64,000 bases of DNA from an uncultured Actinomycetes bacterium (GTDB lineage: Bacteria; Actinomycetota; Thermoleophilia; UBA2241): positions 96,001 to 160,000 of the forward strand of contig CAVYCN010000002.1 of the NCBI GenBank assembly GCA_963767005.1. The letters are read 5' to 3'. The notes below the pieces were generated by a model that was not told the origin of the DNA, did not search any database, and saw only the letters and a program-made list of their open reading frames with translations. A program made the translations under genes and the position numbers. Positions 37,925 through 48,400 of this stretch are shown in pieces (position 1 is the first letter of the stretch; each line of letters opens with the position of its first letter).

Positions 37925-39094
37925 CTAGGAGAGGAACATCGGCTTGTTCTGGATGTCCCGCATCTTCGGCCGGTACTGTTCGGCGTCGTAGTACTCGGCG
38001 ACGTCGATCTTGCGCTGGCCGCCGGCCACCGTGGCGAGGTCGATCACCTTGTAGCTGCCGCCCTGCAGGGCGACAAGCCGGCCGGTGTTGCCCCTGGCGA
38101 CCTCGTCGGCCGCGAGGATCCCGTACGAGGTCGAGACCATGCGGTCGAGCGTGTCGGGCGCGCCCGAGCGGATGACGTAGCCGAGCTGCTGGAACATGAC
38201 GTTGGTGCCGGTCAGGCGCTTGACCTCGGCAGAGACCGCCTGGCCGATCCCGCCCAGCTTGCGATGGCCGAAGGCGTCGGCCTCGCCGGCCTCGGTCATG
38301 CCGCCGCCCACCGGAACCGCGCCCTCGGAGACCGTCACCAGGGAGTAGTGCGAAGGGTTGGCCTCGCGGTCGGCGGCCAGGAAGCCGGCGACGCGCTCCA
38401 TGTCGAACGGCACTTCGGGGATCAGGGCGCGATCGACGGCCGCGAGGAAGGCGGCGTACAGGCTGGTGCCGCCCGAGTGGCGCCCGAAGAGCTCGATGAT
38501 GCCGATGCGCTCGTGCGAGCCGAGCGAGGTGCGAAAGTTGGTGATCATCTCGACCGAGCGCGTGATCGTGGTCGAGAAGCCGATGCAGTAGTCGGTCCCC
38601 ATGACGTCGTTGTCCATGGTCTTGGGGATGGCGACGGTCGGGAAGCCCTCGCGGCTCAGGCGCTCGGCGAACGACAGCGTGTCCTCGCCGCCGATCGGCA
38701 CGAGCGCGTCGAGGCCGAGGTGGTTGAGCACGCGGATCGTGTGAGCTGTGCAGTCGATCCTGCCGTCGTCGCGGGTGGCACGGTCGCTCGCGCGCACGAA
38801 GGCGGGTACGTCGGCCGGCTTGACGGCCACGGGGTTGGTGCGCGAGCTGTGCAGCACGGTGCCGCCGGTGCGGTCGATCCTGCGCACCGCCTCGCGATCG
38901 AGCTTGACGGTGAAGGCGGCCGTCGTCGCCGGGTCGTCGGGGTCGATGCCCATGACGCTGGCCCAGCCGCGGCGCAGGCCGACGACCTCGATGCCGTGCT
39001 CGGCCGCGCGCCCGACGACCGCCTTGATCGCGACGTTCAGACCGGGGACGTCGCCGCCACCGGTGAGGATGCCGATCCGCCGTACGTTCGCCAT
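37925..39094 (-). CDS. pfp: 6-phosphofructokinase, probably PPi-dependent (group III)
   Basis: TGGGDVPGLN, GGTVLHSSR, GGEDT, PKTMDND, DAFGHRKLGG, LGYVIRSG. Confidence 0.88.
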   Translation of the reverse strand: MANVRRIGILTGGGDVPGLNVAIKAVVGRAAEHGIEVVGLRRGWASVMGIDPDDPATTAAFTVKLDREAVRRIDRTGGTVLHSSRTNPVAVKPADVPAFVRASDRATRDDGRIDCTAHTIRVLNHLGLDALVPIGGEDTLSFAERLSREGFPTVAIPKTMDNDVMGTDYCIGFSTTITRSVEMITNFRTSLGSHERIGIIELFGRHSGGTSLYAAFLAAVDRALIPEVPFDMERVAGFLAADREANPSHYSLVTVSEGAVPVGGGMTEAGEADAFGHRKLGGIGQAVSAEVKRLTGTNVMFQQLGYVIRSGAPDTLDRMVSTSYGILAADEVARGNTGRLVALQGGSYKVIDLATVAGGQRKIDVAEYYDAEQYRPKMRDIQNKPMFLS

Positions 39095-39266
39095 TGATCC
39101 TCCAACAGGGTCGGGAGGGGCCCTGACGTGACGACCGCCCCTCCGCTGCCGCTCGCGGTCGGTCCCCGCTCGGGGCGCGCCGGCCGCCGTCCTTACTTAC
39201 CAAGCTCGCAGGAATCTATCACGATGCGGTGCGTGGCGGCGTCGTGACGGGTATGCTGCCGCCGTC

Positions 39267-39908
39267 ATGGCCGTCGACACCCGAGACAGGCCGGCGTCCA
39301 TCGGCGCCGATATCCTCCCGCGCCTCTACGACGCGCTCATGTGGCCCGCCGAGCGGGCGTTCGTGGGGCGCTGGCGTTGGCGCCTGTCCTCGCGTGCCGG
39401 GGCGCGTCGCGCGCGCGTGCTCGAGATCGGCGCCGGCACCGGCGCCGGCTTTCGCTTCATGCCGCCGGGCTGCGAGCTCGTCGCGCTGGAGCCGTCGGCG
39501 GCCATGGCGGCCCGGGCGCAAGCTCGGGCCGCCATGGCCGCCCGCCGGGGCGTGCCGGTGAGCGTCGTCGAGGCGCGCGCCGAGGAGCTGCCCTTCGCCG
39601 ACGCGTCGTTCGACGCCGTCCTTGCGACCTTCGTGTGGTGCAGCGTCGCCGACCCCGTACGGGCCTTCGCCGAGGCGCGCCGCGTGCTGCGGCCCGAGGG
39701 CCGGCTCTATCTGCTCGAGCACGTGCACAACCGCTGGCAGCCCGTCCGCGGTCTGCAGACGTTGTTCGCCCCCGCCTGGCGCCGCGTCGCCGGGGGCTGC
39801 CGGCTCGACCAGGACACGGTCGGCCTGCTGGTCGGCGCCGGCCTGCGCGTCGAGCGGCGCGCCGACCACCTGCTCGGCTGGATCGTCGAGATCGAGGCGC
39901 GGCGTTGA
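39267..39908 (+). CDS. class I SAM-dependent methyltransferase
   Basis: VLEIGAGTG, AEELPFADASFD, CSV, RVLRPEG, LEH, GGC. Confidence 0.9.
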   Translation: MAVDTRDRPASIGADILPRLYDALMWPAERAFVGRWRWRLSSRAGARRARVLEIGAGTGAGFRFMPPGCELVALEPSAAMAARAQARAAMAARRGVPVSVVEARAEELPFADASFDAVLATFVWCSVADPVRAFAEARRVLRPEGRLYLLEHVHNRWQPVRGLQTLFAPAWRRVAGGCRLDQDTVGLLVGAGLRVERRADHLLGWIVEIEARR

Positions 39909-39917
39909 GGTAGCAGA

Positions 39918-39992
39918 CAGGGGGCGCGGCGTCAGGGGGCGCGGCGTCAGGTGGCGCGGCGTGAGATCGCGCGGCGCGGGGTCGCGCGGCGT
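39918..39992 (+). repeat. 5 x 15-bp degenerate tandem repeat (CAGGGGGCGCGGCGT-like)
   Basis: Units at 39918, 39933, 39948, 39963, 39978; intergenic. Confidence 0.8.
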
Positions 39993-40218
39993 GAGGTCAC
40001 GGAGGCGGGGCGCAAACGGCGCCGGGTTGCCGTCGGCGAGGCGGTGTGGTTCAGTAATACGGCAACGCTACAAGCGCTCCCCCTCGCACACTCCCTTCCA
40101 GTCTGCCGGCACACGTGCGTCGTGTGCGGCCGAACTGCGGGCGCGAGGGGTCGCGCGGCCAGGTCCGCCGGCACAGGTCAGACCGCTGCCGCCGGACACA
40201 TCGCGTCGGAAGGACCAC

Positions 40219-40959
40219 GTGACCGGACGAAAGCGACTCACTGCCGTACTCATAGGCATCACCGCACTCACCGCCTCTTCGGCCCTCGTCTTCTCCCCCG
40301 ACAGCGCTCGCGCCGCGAGCCTGCCCTCCCGCCTCCACCACGCCCGGCACGAGCTGCGTCTCGCGCGGCATCGGCTGCGCCGCGATCGGCTCGCATACGC
40401 CGCCGCCCTGGCGGCCGTAAGCGCGCCGCCGGCGGACGTGGCGCCCAGCGCGACGCCCACCCCCTCGCCGACCGCGAGCGCCTCGTCCGGCGCGACGCCG
40501 AGCGACTCACCCTCGCCGGGCGCGACGCCGAGCGCCGGCCCATCGCCGGCACCGGACCCGTCAGTGTCGCAACTGCGGCTCGCCGTGAAGCGCGACCGGC
40601 GGCGCGTGCGGAGCCTCGCGGCGCTCGTGCATGCGCTGCATCACGAGGCCGAGTTGCGGCGTGCCGCCGCCCACGGCAACTGGATGCCGATGGTGCGCGA
40701 CGCCGCTCGACACGAGCACGTCAACGCCGTCGGCCTGCGCCGCCTCATGTCGCTCGAGTCGGGCGGCGCCGCGCGCGCCGAGAACGGGGCCTACCACGGG
40801 CTCTACCAGTATTGCTGGTCGACCTGGAGATCCGCCTGGAACCCGTGGCGCCACAGCTCGATCTACGACGGTGAGGCCCAGATCCGGGCCACGGCCCTCG
40901 CGATCCACCGCGGCTGGGGCCCACGGATGTGGCCCAACACGTACCCGCGGGCCTTCTGA
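40219..40959 (+). CDS. secreted lytic transglycosylase-like (Rpf/SLT-fold) protein
   Basis: Signal peptide (MTGRKRLTAVLIG...ARA), coiled segments, Pro/Ser/Thr linker, C-terminal ESGG...NGAYHGLYQY..STW. Confidence 0.72.
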   Translation: MTGRKRLTAVLIGITALTASSALVFSPDSARAASLPSRLHHARHELRLARHRLRRDRLAYAAALAAVSAPPADVAPSATPTPSPTASASSGATPSDSPSPGATPSAGPSPAPDPSVSQLRLAVKRDRRRVRSLAALVHALHHEAELRRAAAHGNWMPMVRDAARHEHVNAVGLRRLMSLESGGAARAENGAYHGLYQYCWSTWRSAWNPWRHSSIYDGEAQIRATALAIHRGWGPRMWPNTYPRAF

Positions 40960-41025
40960 GGTCGTAGGGACGACCCCGTCCGGACCGGCGCCCTGCGGCG
41001 CCGGTCCACGGTGGGTCGACGGGCC

Positions 41026-41069
41026 GGGCGGGGCGGGCGGCGGGCATATGCCCGCCGCCCGCCCCGCCC
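41026..41069. terminator. 44-bp perfect palindrome between convergent genes (putative bidirectional terminator)
   Basis: GGGCGGGGCGGGCGGCGGGCAT|ATGCCCGCCGCCCGCCCCGCCC; a second hairpin lies at 40982-41007. Confidence 0.7.
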
Positions 41070-41077
41070 TTCGCGTC

Positions 41078-42088
41078 TCAGCTCATGCTCATGAGGTAGC
41101 GCTCGGCCGAGGCCGCCGCGGTCGAGCCCTCGGCCACCGCCGTCGCGATCATCTTGACCTTGCCGGCGTAGTCGGCGAAGTCGCCGGCCGCGTAGAGACC
41201 GGGCGTGCCGGCCTCCATGGCGGAGCTCACCGGCGTGCGGGCGTCGCTGAGCGCGAGCTCCCAGCGCGCGATGCCGTGCAGCTCGGGCACCTGACCGACG
41301 CTCACCATGAGCAGGTCGGCCGGCACCTCGACCGTGGAGTCGTCGGCGAGCGCCACGACTACCCGCTCGAGCCGCTCGGCGCCGGCCAGGCCGACGACCT
41401 CGCCGTTGGTGATCAGCCTGATGTCGGCCTCGTTCAGGCGCTGCTGCGAGAACGCGTAGGCGCTGAAGGCCTCGCGCCGGTGCACGAGCGTGACGTCGGC
41501 CACGGTGCGCAGTGAGAGCGCCGTGTCGAGCGCCGAGTCGCCGCCGCCAACCACGACGACGTGGCGCGCGTCGATGTGCTCGATGGGCGGCAGCCGGTAG
41601 GTGAGCCCGCGGCCCTCGAAGTGCTCCTCGCCGGCGAGGCCCAGGCGACGCGGCATGAAGCGTCCGAGGCCGAGGGCGAGCACGAGCGTGCGAGCCGTCA
41701 CCTCGTCCTCGGGCGCGCCGTCCCGGCGGGTCGCCCCGGCGTCGTCCGTATGGACCGCCCCGGCGTCGTCCAGGTGACCGCCGCCGTCGCCGGTCCTGAT
41801 CGCGAAGTCCGACCCGGCGCGGCCGACGAACTGGACGGGCCGCCATTCCTGCAGTTCTGCGCCGAAGTGCTCGGCCTGGTCGGCGAGCCGGCGGGCGATG
41901 TCGCGCGAGAAGATCTCGGTGTGTCCCGGGAAGTTGGTGACCGGCTTGGTCGGGTAGAGGTTGATGAGCTGCCCGCCGAAGGCCTCGGCCTCGAATACGA
42001 CCGTCGACAGACCCCGCATGCCGCCGTACATGGCGGCGGCCAGGCCGGCCGGCCCGCCGCCGATCACGGCGAGGTCGTAGATTGCCAT
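41078..42088 (-). CDS. ferredoxin--NADP reductase (TrxB-fold, YumC-like)
   Basis: GGGPAG, GGQLINLYPTK, GGGDSA, HRR, YAAGD, KVKMIA; no CxxC, so not a thioredoxin reductase. Confidence 0.85.
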   Translation of the reverse strand: MAIYDLAVIGGGPAGLAAAMYGGMRGLSTVVFEAEAFGGQLINLYPTKPVTNFPGHTEIFSRDIARRLADQAEHFGAELQEWRPVQFVGRAGSDFAIRTGDGGGHLDDAGAVHTDDAGATRRDGAPEDEVTARTLVLALGLGRFMPRRLGLAGEEHFEGRGLTYRLPPIEHIDARHVVVVGGGDSALDTALSLRTVADVTLVHRREAFSAYAFSQQRLNEADIRLITNGEVVGLAGAERLERVVVALADDSTVEVPADLLMVSVGQVPELHGIARWELALSDARTPVSSAMEAGTPGLYAAGDFADYAGKVKMIATAVAEGSTAAASAERYLMSMS

Positions 42089-42333
42089 GTGTCCCTCCTC
42101 ACTCATGCGTACGCGGAGTGGTCTCGTGCGCGAGTATCCCACCGGCGGGCGGCTCGCAACCGAGGTGGGGAGGGGACGTGTGGCGCATGCGGTCGAGGGG
42201 CCGCTCGGCGGCGGCGCCGGCGGCGCCGCCGAGCGGCCGGTGCGAAGTGGCTATAATGACTCGCTGCCCGCCGCCCGGCGGCCGCGGGCCAGCTCGTGGG
42301 TGCGCGGTGTCGCGCCTCGTTTCTCTCGATCGT

Positions 42334-42422
42334 GCCGGAGTGGCGGAACTGGCAGACGCGCCGGACTCAAAATCCGGTGCCACTTGCGTGGCGTGCGGGT
42401 TCAACCCCCGCCTCCGGCACCA
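42334..42422 (+). tRNA. tRNA-Leu(CAA)
   Basis: GCCGGAGTGGCGGAACTGGCAGACGCG-CCGGA CT CAA AA TCCGG-long variable arm-GGTTCAAC...CTCCGGCACCA; TATAAT at 42252-42257. Confidence 0.96.
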
Positions 42423-42526
42423 CGACCCTCACCGGCGAGAGAAGATCAAGGGTGCGGATATCCGCGCCAGGGACCGCGACGAGTCGCGGCAGCGCCTCGG
42501 GCGGCCGCCCCGAACCACCCTCGTCT

Positions 42527-43615
42527 CTACAGCGCCGCCTCGAGCAGCCGCTGCAGCTCGGCGGCGCTCGGCGCGGGCGCCGGTCGGGCGAGCTCGGCAC
42601 GCCGCGCGGCCGCGACGACGATGCTCGGGAGGTCGTCCGCGGCGACGCCGAGCTGGGAGAGTCGCGTCACGCTCGACAGCGCCGCCAGATCGGCGATGGC
42701 CCGGGCGGCGGCGTCGTCGCCGCCGGCCGCGACGGCCTGGGCAAAGGGCGCGAGGGCGTCGTGCGCGCGGGGCAGCACCCGACGGAAGGTGTGCGGCAGC
42801 ATGACGGCGTTTACGGCGGCGTGAGGCGCTCCGGTCAGGCCCACGATCGTCTGGCAGAGCACATGGTGGAGACCCATGCCGGTGGCGTCGAGTGCGTACC
42901 CGGCGAGCAAGGCGCCGAAGGCGAGGTGGTCGCGCTCGGCGCCCTGCTCGCCGGCCGTACGCCGGCCCTCCAGGTGAGCCGCCGCTTCGAGGTGCTGCGT
43001 GATCAGGCCCGCGGCCCGTACCGCGGCCGCGTCGCTGGCCGGGCCGGCTTCCGGCCCATAGCGCGCCTCCATCGCGTGGGCGAGCGCGTTCATCGCGCTC
43101 GCCGCGAGGTCGGGCAGGGGCTGCGACGCGGACAGGCCGGGGTCGTTCACGACCAGGCGGGGCCGCCGGGGGGCGGCGCCCGAGCCGTCGGTCAGGGGAC
43201 GGTGGCCCGCGGTCATCTCCGCCCCGGACAGCGTGGTCGGCAGCGCCGCGACCTGCAGCTCGAAGGCGGCAGCGAGCGCCTTGGCGACGTCGATCACACG
43301 CCCGCCGCCGATCGCGACGATCGCGTCGACGGCGGGGCCGGCGAAGGCCGCGGCCACCGCCGACGCGGTCTCGGGAACGGGTCCGAGCGGCGCCGCGATG
43401 ACGGCGCTTGCGGCGGCGGCAAGGTTCGCCGGCGCGAGCTGGCCGTGCGAGCCGGTCAGGAGGATGAAGGGGGCGAGGCCCTCGGCGGCGACCAGGTCAC
43501 CGGCCCACGCCGCCGATCCGCGGCCGTAGCAGATCAGGCGCTCGCCGTCGCGCCAGCGGAAGGGTGCCGCCGAGACGGCCGCGTCGAGGCTCGCGATCGT
43601 CGGGTCCTTGCTCAC
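42527..43615 (-). CDS. iron-containing alcohol dehydrogenase family, maleylacetate reductase-like
   Basis: GGGRVIDVAK, PTTLSGAEMT, NALAHAME, GLHHVLC, HAAVNAVMLP. Confidence 0.8.
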   Translation of the reverse strand: MSKDPTIASLDAAVSAAPFRWRDGERLICYGRGSAAWAGDLVAAEGLAPFILLTGSHGQLAPANLAAAASAVIAAPLGPVPETASAVAAAFAGPAVDAIVAIGGGRVIDVAKALAAAFELQVAALPTTLSGAEMTAGHRPLTDGSGAAPRRPRLVVNDPGLSASQPLPDLAASAMNALAHAMEARYGPEAGPASDAAAVRAAGLITQHLEAAAHLEGRRTAGEQGAERDHLAFGALLAGYALDATGMGLHHVLCQTIVGLTGAPHAAVNAVMLPHTFRRVLPRAHDALAPFAQAVAAGGDDAAARAIADLAALSSVTRLSQLGVAADDLPSIVVAAARRAELARPAPAPSAAELQRLLEAAL

Positions 43616-43706
43616 CGTCGACTCCTGGAGCGCCCGGACTCCTGTGCGTGTGCCGAAGCCTCTCAGGCCAGTGTGCGCCGAAATCCGCCGAACGTCGACG
43701 TTTGAG

Positions 43707-44363
43707 CTACGCCGCCAGGCGATCGCCCAGCAGCCCGCGCAGGGTGACGGCCAGGTGCGCGACGAAGTCGTGGTCGATCGCGTGCAGCATGGCGCTCTCG
43801 CGCAGCTCGACCTCGAGGCCGGCCGCGCTCAGCTCCCGGGCCGCGGCGCGGCCGAGCTCCACGGGGATGACCGGATCGTAGACGCCGTGGCCGATCGCGA
43901 CCGGCACGTCGCGGTGGCCCCCGAGGTCGAGCACGAAGCCGTCGACCTCGGGGATGAACCCGCTGAGCGCGATGAGCGCCGCCGGCGAGGGCCGGCCCTC
44001 GCCCAGGCCGGCGGCGTACGCCATGACGGCGCCCTGCGAGAAGCCGCCGAGGATGGTGGCGTCGAGGCCCACGCCGGTCAGCGCCGGCAGGTCGTCGAGG
44101 CGGGCGCAGAGACGCCCGTAGGTCTCGAGGAAGGTGACGCGGTCGGGCCGGCCGACCGCGCCCGACACATACCAGTGCCGGCCGCCGGGAGGCAGCCGCA
44201 GCGGGGCGCGGATCGTGACGCCCACGAGTCGCCGGTCGGGGTCGAGGGCATGCACGAGCGGCACGAGGTCGCGTTCGTCGGCGCCGCGGCCGTGCAGCAG
44301 CACGAGGGCGCCGGCCGGCCGCGCCGGCCGCTGCGCGACCGCGATATTGAGCCCGCCGTTCAC
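43707..44363 (-). CDS. alpha/beta-hydrolase (phospholipase/carboxylesterase, MhqD-like)
   Basis: LLHGRG, GFSQG nucleophile, HGVYDPVI, His near C-terminus. Confidence 0.88.
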   Translation of the reverse strand: MNGGLNIAVAQRPARPAGALVLLHGRGADERDLVPLVHALDPDRRLVGVTIRAPLRLPPGGRHWYVSGAVGRPDRVTFLETYGRLCARLDDLPALTGVGLDATILGGFSQGAVMAYAAGLGEGRPSPAALIALSGFIPEVDGFVLDLGGHRDVPVAIGHGVYDPVIPVELGRAAARELSAAGLEVELRESAMLHAIDHDFVAHLAVTLRGLLGDRLAA

Positions 44364-45283
44364 GCCGCGGCCCGGCGTGAACGCGGATCGACCAGGACGG
44401 GCAGCTCACGCTCGAGGCGTGGACGCAGGTGCTCGTACCGCGCCGGCAGGCGCAGGACCTCGCCGAGGCGGTCGAACGACTCGTCGACGGCGAAGCCGGG
44501 GCCGAGCGTGGCGATCTCGAACAGCACACCGCTCGGCTCGCGGAAGTACACCGAGTGGAAGTACGTGCGGTCGATGATCGGGGTGGCGTGCAGCCCGGCC
44601 GCGAGCAGCCGCTCGCGCCAGGCGGGCTGGTCGGCGTCGGGCACGGCCCAGGCGATGTGGTGGACCGTGCCGGCGCCCTGGTATGCCCAGGTGCGCGGCG
44701 CGGCGTCGTAGACATACGAAGACGAGCGGCCGCCGCCGGCCGCCACCCAGGCGGTCGCTCCAGGGGCGAAGCCGAGCGTCTGTTCGAGCGTGGCCGCGCT
44801 CGTCTGCGGCGCCCCGCTGTAGGCGCGGACGCCGGCGAATCCGCGCAAGGCGTGACGCGGCGGTATGTCCGCCACGGCCGCGGCGAGCGGCGCCTCCGAC
44901 GCGTCCGACACGACGAGCTCGAGGGCAAGGCCCTCGGGGTCGTCGAAGCGCAGGCTGCCGCCCGTGTGCTCGGTGCGCGCACCGGCCGCTTCCAGCCGGC
45001 GCTCCCAGAAGTCGAGGGCGGGCTCGTCGGCCACGCGCCAGACGATGCGATGGATCATGCCCTCGCCGGCGATGCCGCGCGGCACGCCGGGGTAGGCGAA
45101 GAACGTGAGGATGCTGCCCGGCGTACCGCGGTCGTCGCCGTAGTACAGGTGGTAGGTCTCGGGGTCGTCGAAGTTGACGGTCTTCTTCACGAACCGCAGG
45201 CCGAGCGTCCCCGCGTAGAACGAGAGGTTGGCCTGCGCGTCGGCGGTGATCGCCGTGATGTGGTGGATGCCCTGGAGTTCCAT
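44360..45283 (-). CDS. ring-cleaving VOC-family dioxygenase (MhqO/LinE/PcpA-like)
   Basis: GIHHITAI, KKTVNFDDPETYHLYYG, VHHIAW, DRTYFHSVYFREPSGVLFEIAT.GPGF. Confidence 0.92.
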   Translation of the reverse strand: MELQGIHHITAITADAQANLSFYAGTLGLRFVKKTVNFDDPETYHLYYGDDRGTPGSILTFFAYPGVPRGIAGEGMIHRIVWRVADEPALDFWERRLEAAGARTEHTGGSLRFDDPEGLALELVVSDASEAPLAAAVADIPPRHALRGFAGVRAYSGAPQTSAATLEQTLGFAPGATAWVAAGGGRSSSYVYDAAPRTWAYQGAGTVHHIAWAVPDADQPAWRERLLAAGLHATPIIDRTYFHSVYFREPSGVLFEIATLGPGFAVDESFDRLGEVLRLPARYEHLRPRLERELPVLVDPRSRRAAA

Positions 45284-45410
45284 TGCTTCGCTCCCGCACT
45301 CCCGCTAGGTCGGATCACCTGGCATATACCCCGCGGGGAACCTGCCGGCGTGAGGGTGGGTGGGAGGCTGGCCTGGGGCGCCGGGACCGACCGACGGCGA
45401 CGGCGAAGGA

Positions 45411-48400
45411 TCAGCGGCCGGCGGTAGCCACCGCGGCCGCGGTGGCCGGCGCGCACATGAACCGGTTGCGGCCGCTCAGCTTGGCGGCGGCGAGCGCATC
45501 GTCTGCCTGCTGGAGCAGGTCGTCCTTGCTCAACGCGCCGTCGCCGAGGACGGCGACGCCGATGCTCACCGTGAGCCGCCGCCGATCGCCGATCAGGCGC
45601 GCCTGCTCGACCCTCGTGCGAATGCGTTCGGCGACCTCGACGGCCACGTCCAGGCCGCTGCCGTGGAGGACCACGGCGAGCTGGTCGCCGCCGTAGCGCG
45701 CGGCGATGTCGGACGAGCGGATCGAGCCGGACACGATACGGGCGAGCTCGCGCAGGGCCTCGTCGCCCTCGGGGTGTCCGCGGCGGTCGTTGAACTGCTT
45801 GAAACGATCGAGGTCGGCGAACAGCAGGGCGAGCGGCGCGCCGGTCTCCAGTGCGAGCGCGACCTCGACGGCGAGGCGCTCCTGCAGGTGGCGGTGGTTG
45901 TACAGGCCGGTGAGCGAGTCGGTGATGGCGTCGATCTCGGAGCGGCTCACGCGCAGCGCGGCCGAGTGGGCCAGGCCGGCGAACGTCTCGCTCACGTCGC
46001 TGCTCACGGCGGCGAGGCGGTCGACGCCCAGGGGAGAGGCGCCGGCGGAGACGAGCGCCGCGACGGCGCCGGTCTCGTCGCGGATGGGCGCGGCGCTCGC
46101 GATCCACGTGCCGCGGCTGTCGACCGTGACGATCGTGGCCGACTGGCGGCGCCCGGCGAAGGCGTCGAGCTCGAGATCGTCGGAGAAGCCGGTGTCGCCG
46201 AGCGGGATGTGCAGCTCGGGACGCGCCTCGCCGTCGACGATCACGGCGCGGCGGCGGTCGTCGATCGCGACCTCGGTGACGAGGCGCTGCACGTCGGGGT
46301 GGGCTGCCCGCACGGCCGCGAGGGTCGCCTGGATGGCTCGATACTCGGGGCAGCTCTCGTCGGCGCTCTCGCACGCGAGGCTGTTGTCGCGCGCCGGGAT
46401 CAGGGCGGCCGCTTCGGCGGCCGCCGCAGCGGCGCGCCGCTGCTGGCGGGCAAGGCGGCGCAGCATCCTCACCATGGCGTCGACCATGGCCGGGTCGAAC
46501 TGGGTGCCACGGCAGCGCTCGAGCTCGGTGACGCACTCCCTGAAGGTCAGCGCCCGGCGGTAGACGCGCCGCGACGACATCGCGTCGTAGCAGTCGACCA
46601 CGCAGAGCAGGCGGGCGAGCTCCGGGATGCCGGCGCCCGCGAGGCCGGCCGGGTAGCCCCGTCCGTCGTAGCGCTCGTGGTGGTGACGCACGGCCGCCAC
46701 GAGCGGCGCGTCGAGCAGGGGCTCGATGATCTCGGCGCTCACCACCGGGTGCTGGCGCATGAGCTCCCACTCCTCGTCGGACAGGGCGCCCGGCTTGAGC
46801 AGCACGCGGTCGGAGACGGCGATCTTGCCGATGTCGTGCAGGTAGGCGATCTCCTCGACCTGCTGCACGGTCTTCTCGGGCAGGCCGAGCTCCCTGGCCA
46901 GCAGCACCGCGTAGACGGCGACGCGGGTGGTGTGGCCCAGCGTGTAGTAGTCCTTGGCCGTGAGGGCCGACGAGAGCGCCCGCAGGTTGCCCAGGTGCAG
47001 GCGGCGGACGTTCTCGTAGAGCCGCGCGTTGCGCACGGCCAGCGAGAGCTGTGCGCCCACCGCGGCGAACAGCGAGCGGTCCTGCGGCGAGAAGGTGCCC
47101 TCACTCGCGCTGCCGAGCACCAGGATGCCGATCAGCCGGTCCTCCTCGAAGAGGCCGACGGCGGCGGCGCTGCGCAGCCCGACGAGCGTACGGCCAGAGA
47201 ACGGCAGCTCGTCGGGCAGGCTCAGCAGAGCGGCCCGCTCGCGCTCGAGGCGAGCGACGAAGCCGGCGTCGATCATGGAGAAGTCGATGCCGGCGAGCTG
47301 GCTGTGTTCCTGAGTCGTGTAGACGACATCGACGGGCCGACCCGGTTCGGGCTCGAGCAGGAGCGTGCCCTGCTCGAAGGGGGTGACGCGGCGCAACTGG
47401 GCGATCGTGGCCGCGGCGATGTCGGCTACGTCGAGGCTGGCGACCGAGGCGCGCGCGACGTCGTTCAACAGCATGGCCTCGTCGGTGCGCTGGCGCAGGC
47501 CCGCGACGAGGCGGGCGTTGTGCAGCGCGATGGCCGCCTGCTCGGCGATGCCGGTGGCGAGCTCGACCTCGTCCGCGCTGAAGTGCCGCTCGTGCGCGGT
47601 CTCGATCAGCACGAGGACCCCGAGGGGCTGGTCGCCGAAGTACAGCGGCACGTTCAGACACGTCTTCTCGCCCCAGTCCTCCATGGACTCGCGCACGTCT
47701 GCGGGCAGGTCGAGGTCGGAGACGCTCTCGATCAGTGTCGTGCGGCTGCTCAGGAGCTCGCGGTCGGACGGCCAGTCGCTCAGCGGGAACGCGGTGCCGG
47801 TGTTGTCGTGGTCGTAGGAGTTCTCGCTGTACAGCACGAGGGCCGTCAGCGTGTCGGCCGCGGCGTCGAAGTCGTAGATGACACACTCGGGGCAGCCGAG
47901 CGCTTCCGCGGCGGTGCGCGCGACGGTCGACAGGACATCGTCGAAGACGAGCCGCGACGTGATCGCCTTGCCGGCGTCGATGAGCGACGCGAGCCGCCGC
48001 GCCCGTTCGGTCTGCTCGCGGTAGAGCTCGGCGTTCTCGATGGCCAGGGCGGCCACGCCGGCCATCGCCCGGGCGGTCGCGACCTCGTCGGGCGAGAAGA
48101 CGCGGCCTTCCCGGCGGTCGGCGAGCTTGATCGTGCCCGTGACCGCGCCCTTGAGGATCATGGGGACGACCAGCACGCACTGCTCGTCCCATTCGAGCAT
48201 CGCCGCACGCTGCGCCCGGCTCACGATGGGATCGTCAGGCGAGGCGACCACGATGGGCTCGTGCGTCTCGATCACGCGTCGGTCGGCGTGCCACTCGGAC
48301 AGCGCCACGCGCTTTCCGTCCCACTCGTGGCAGCGCGTGTCGCCGACGAACGACATGACGTCGACGAGGCTGTCGCCGTCGAGGCGGTAGATGTCGCAGC

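Noticed and set aside
39918-39992. Possible CRISPR array
   Set aside because: Contiguous 15-bp tandem units without unique spacers; no cas genes in the window.
40055-40218. c-di-AMP (ydaO) riboswitch
   Set aside because: Conserved ydaO nucleotides not found; kept only as an unknown structured leader.
41078-42088. Thioredoxin reductase trxB
   Set aside because: Lacks the redox CxxC and matches the YumC-type FNR pattern instead.
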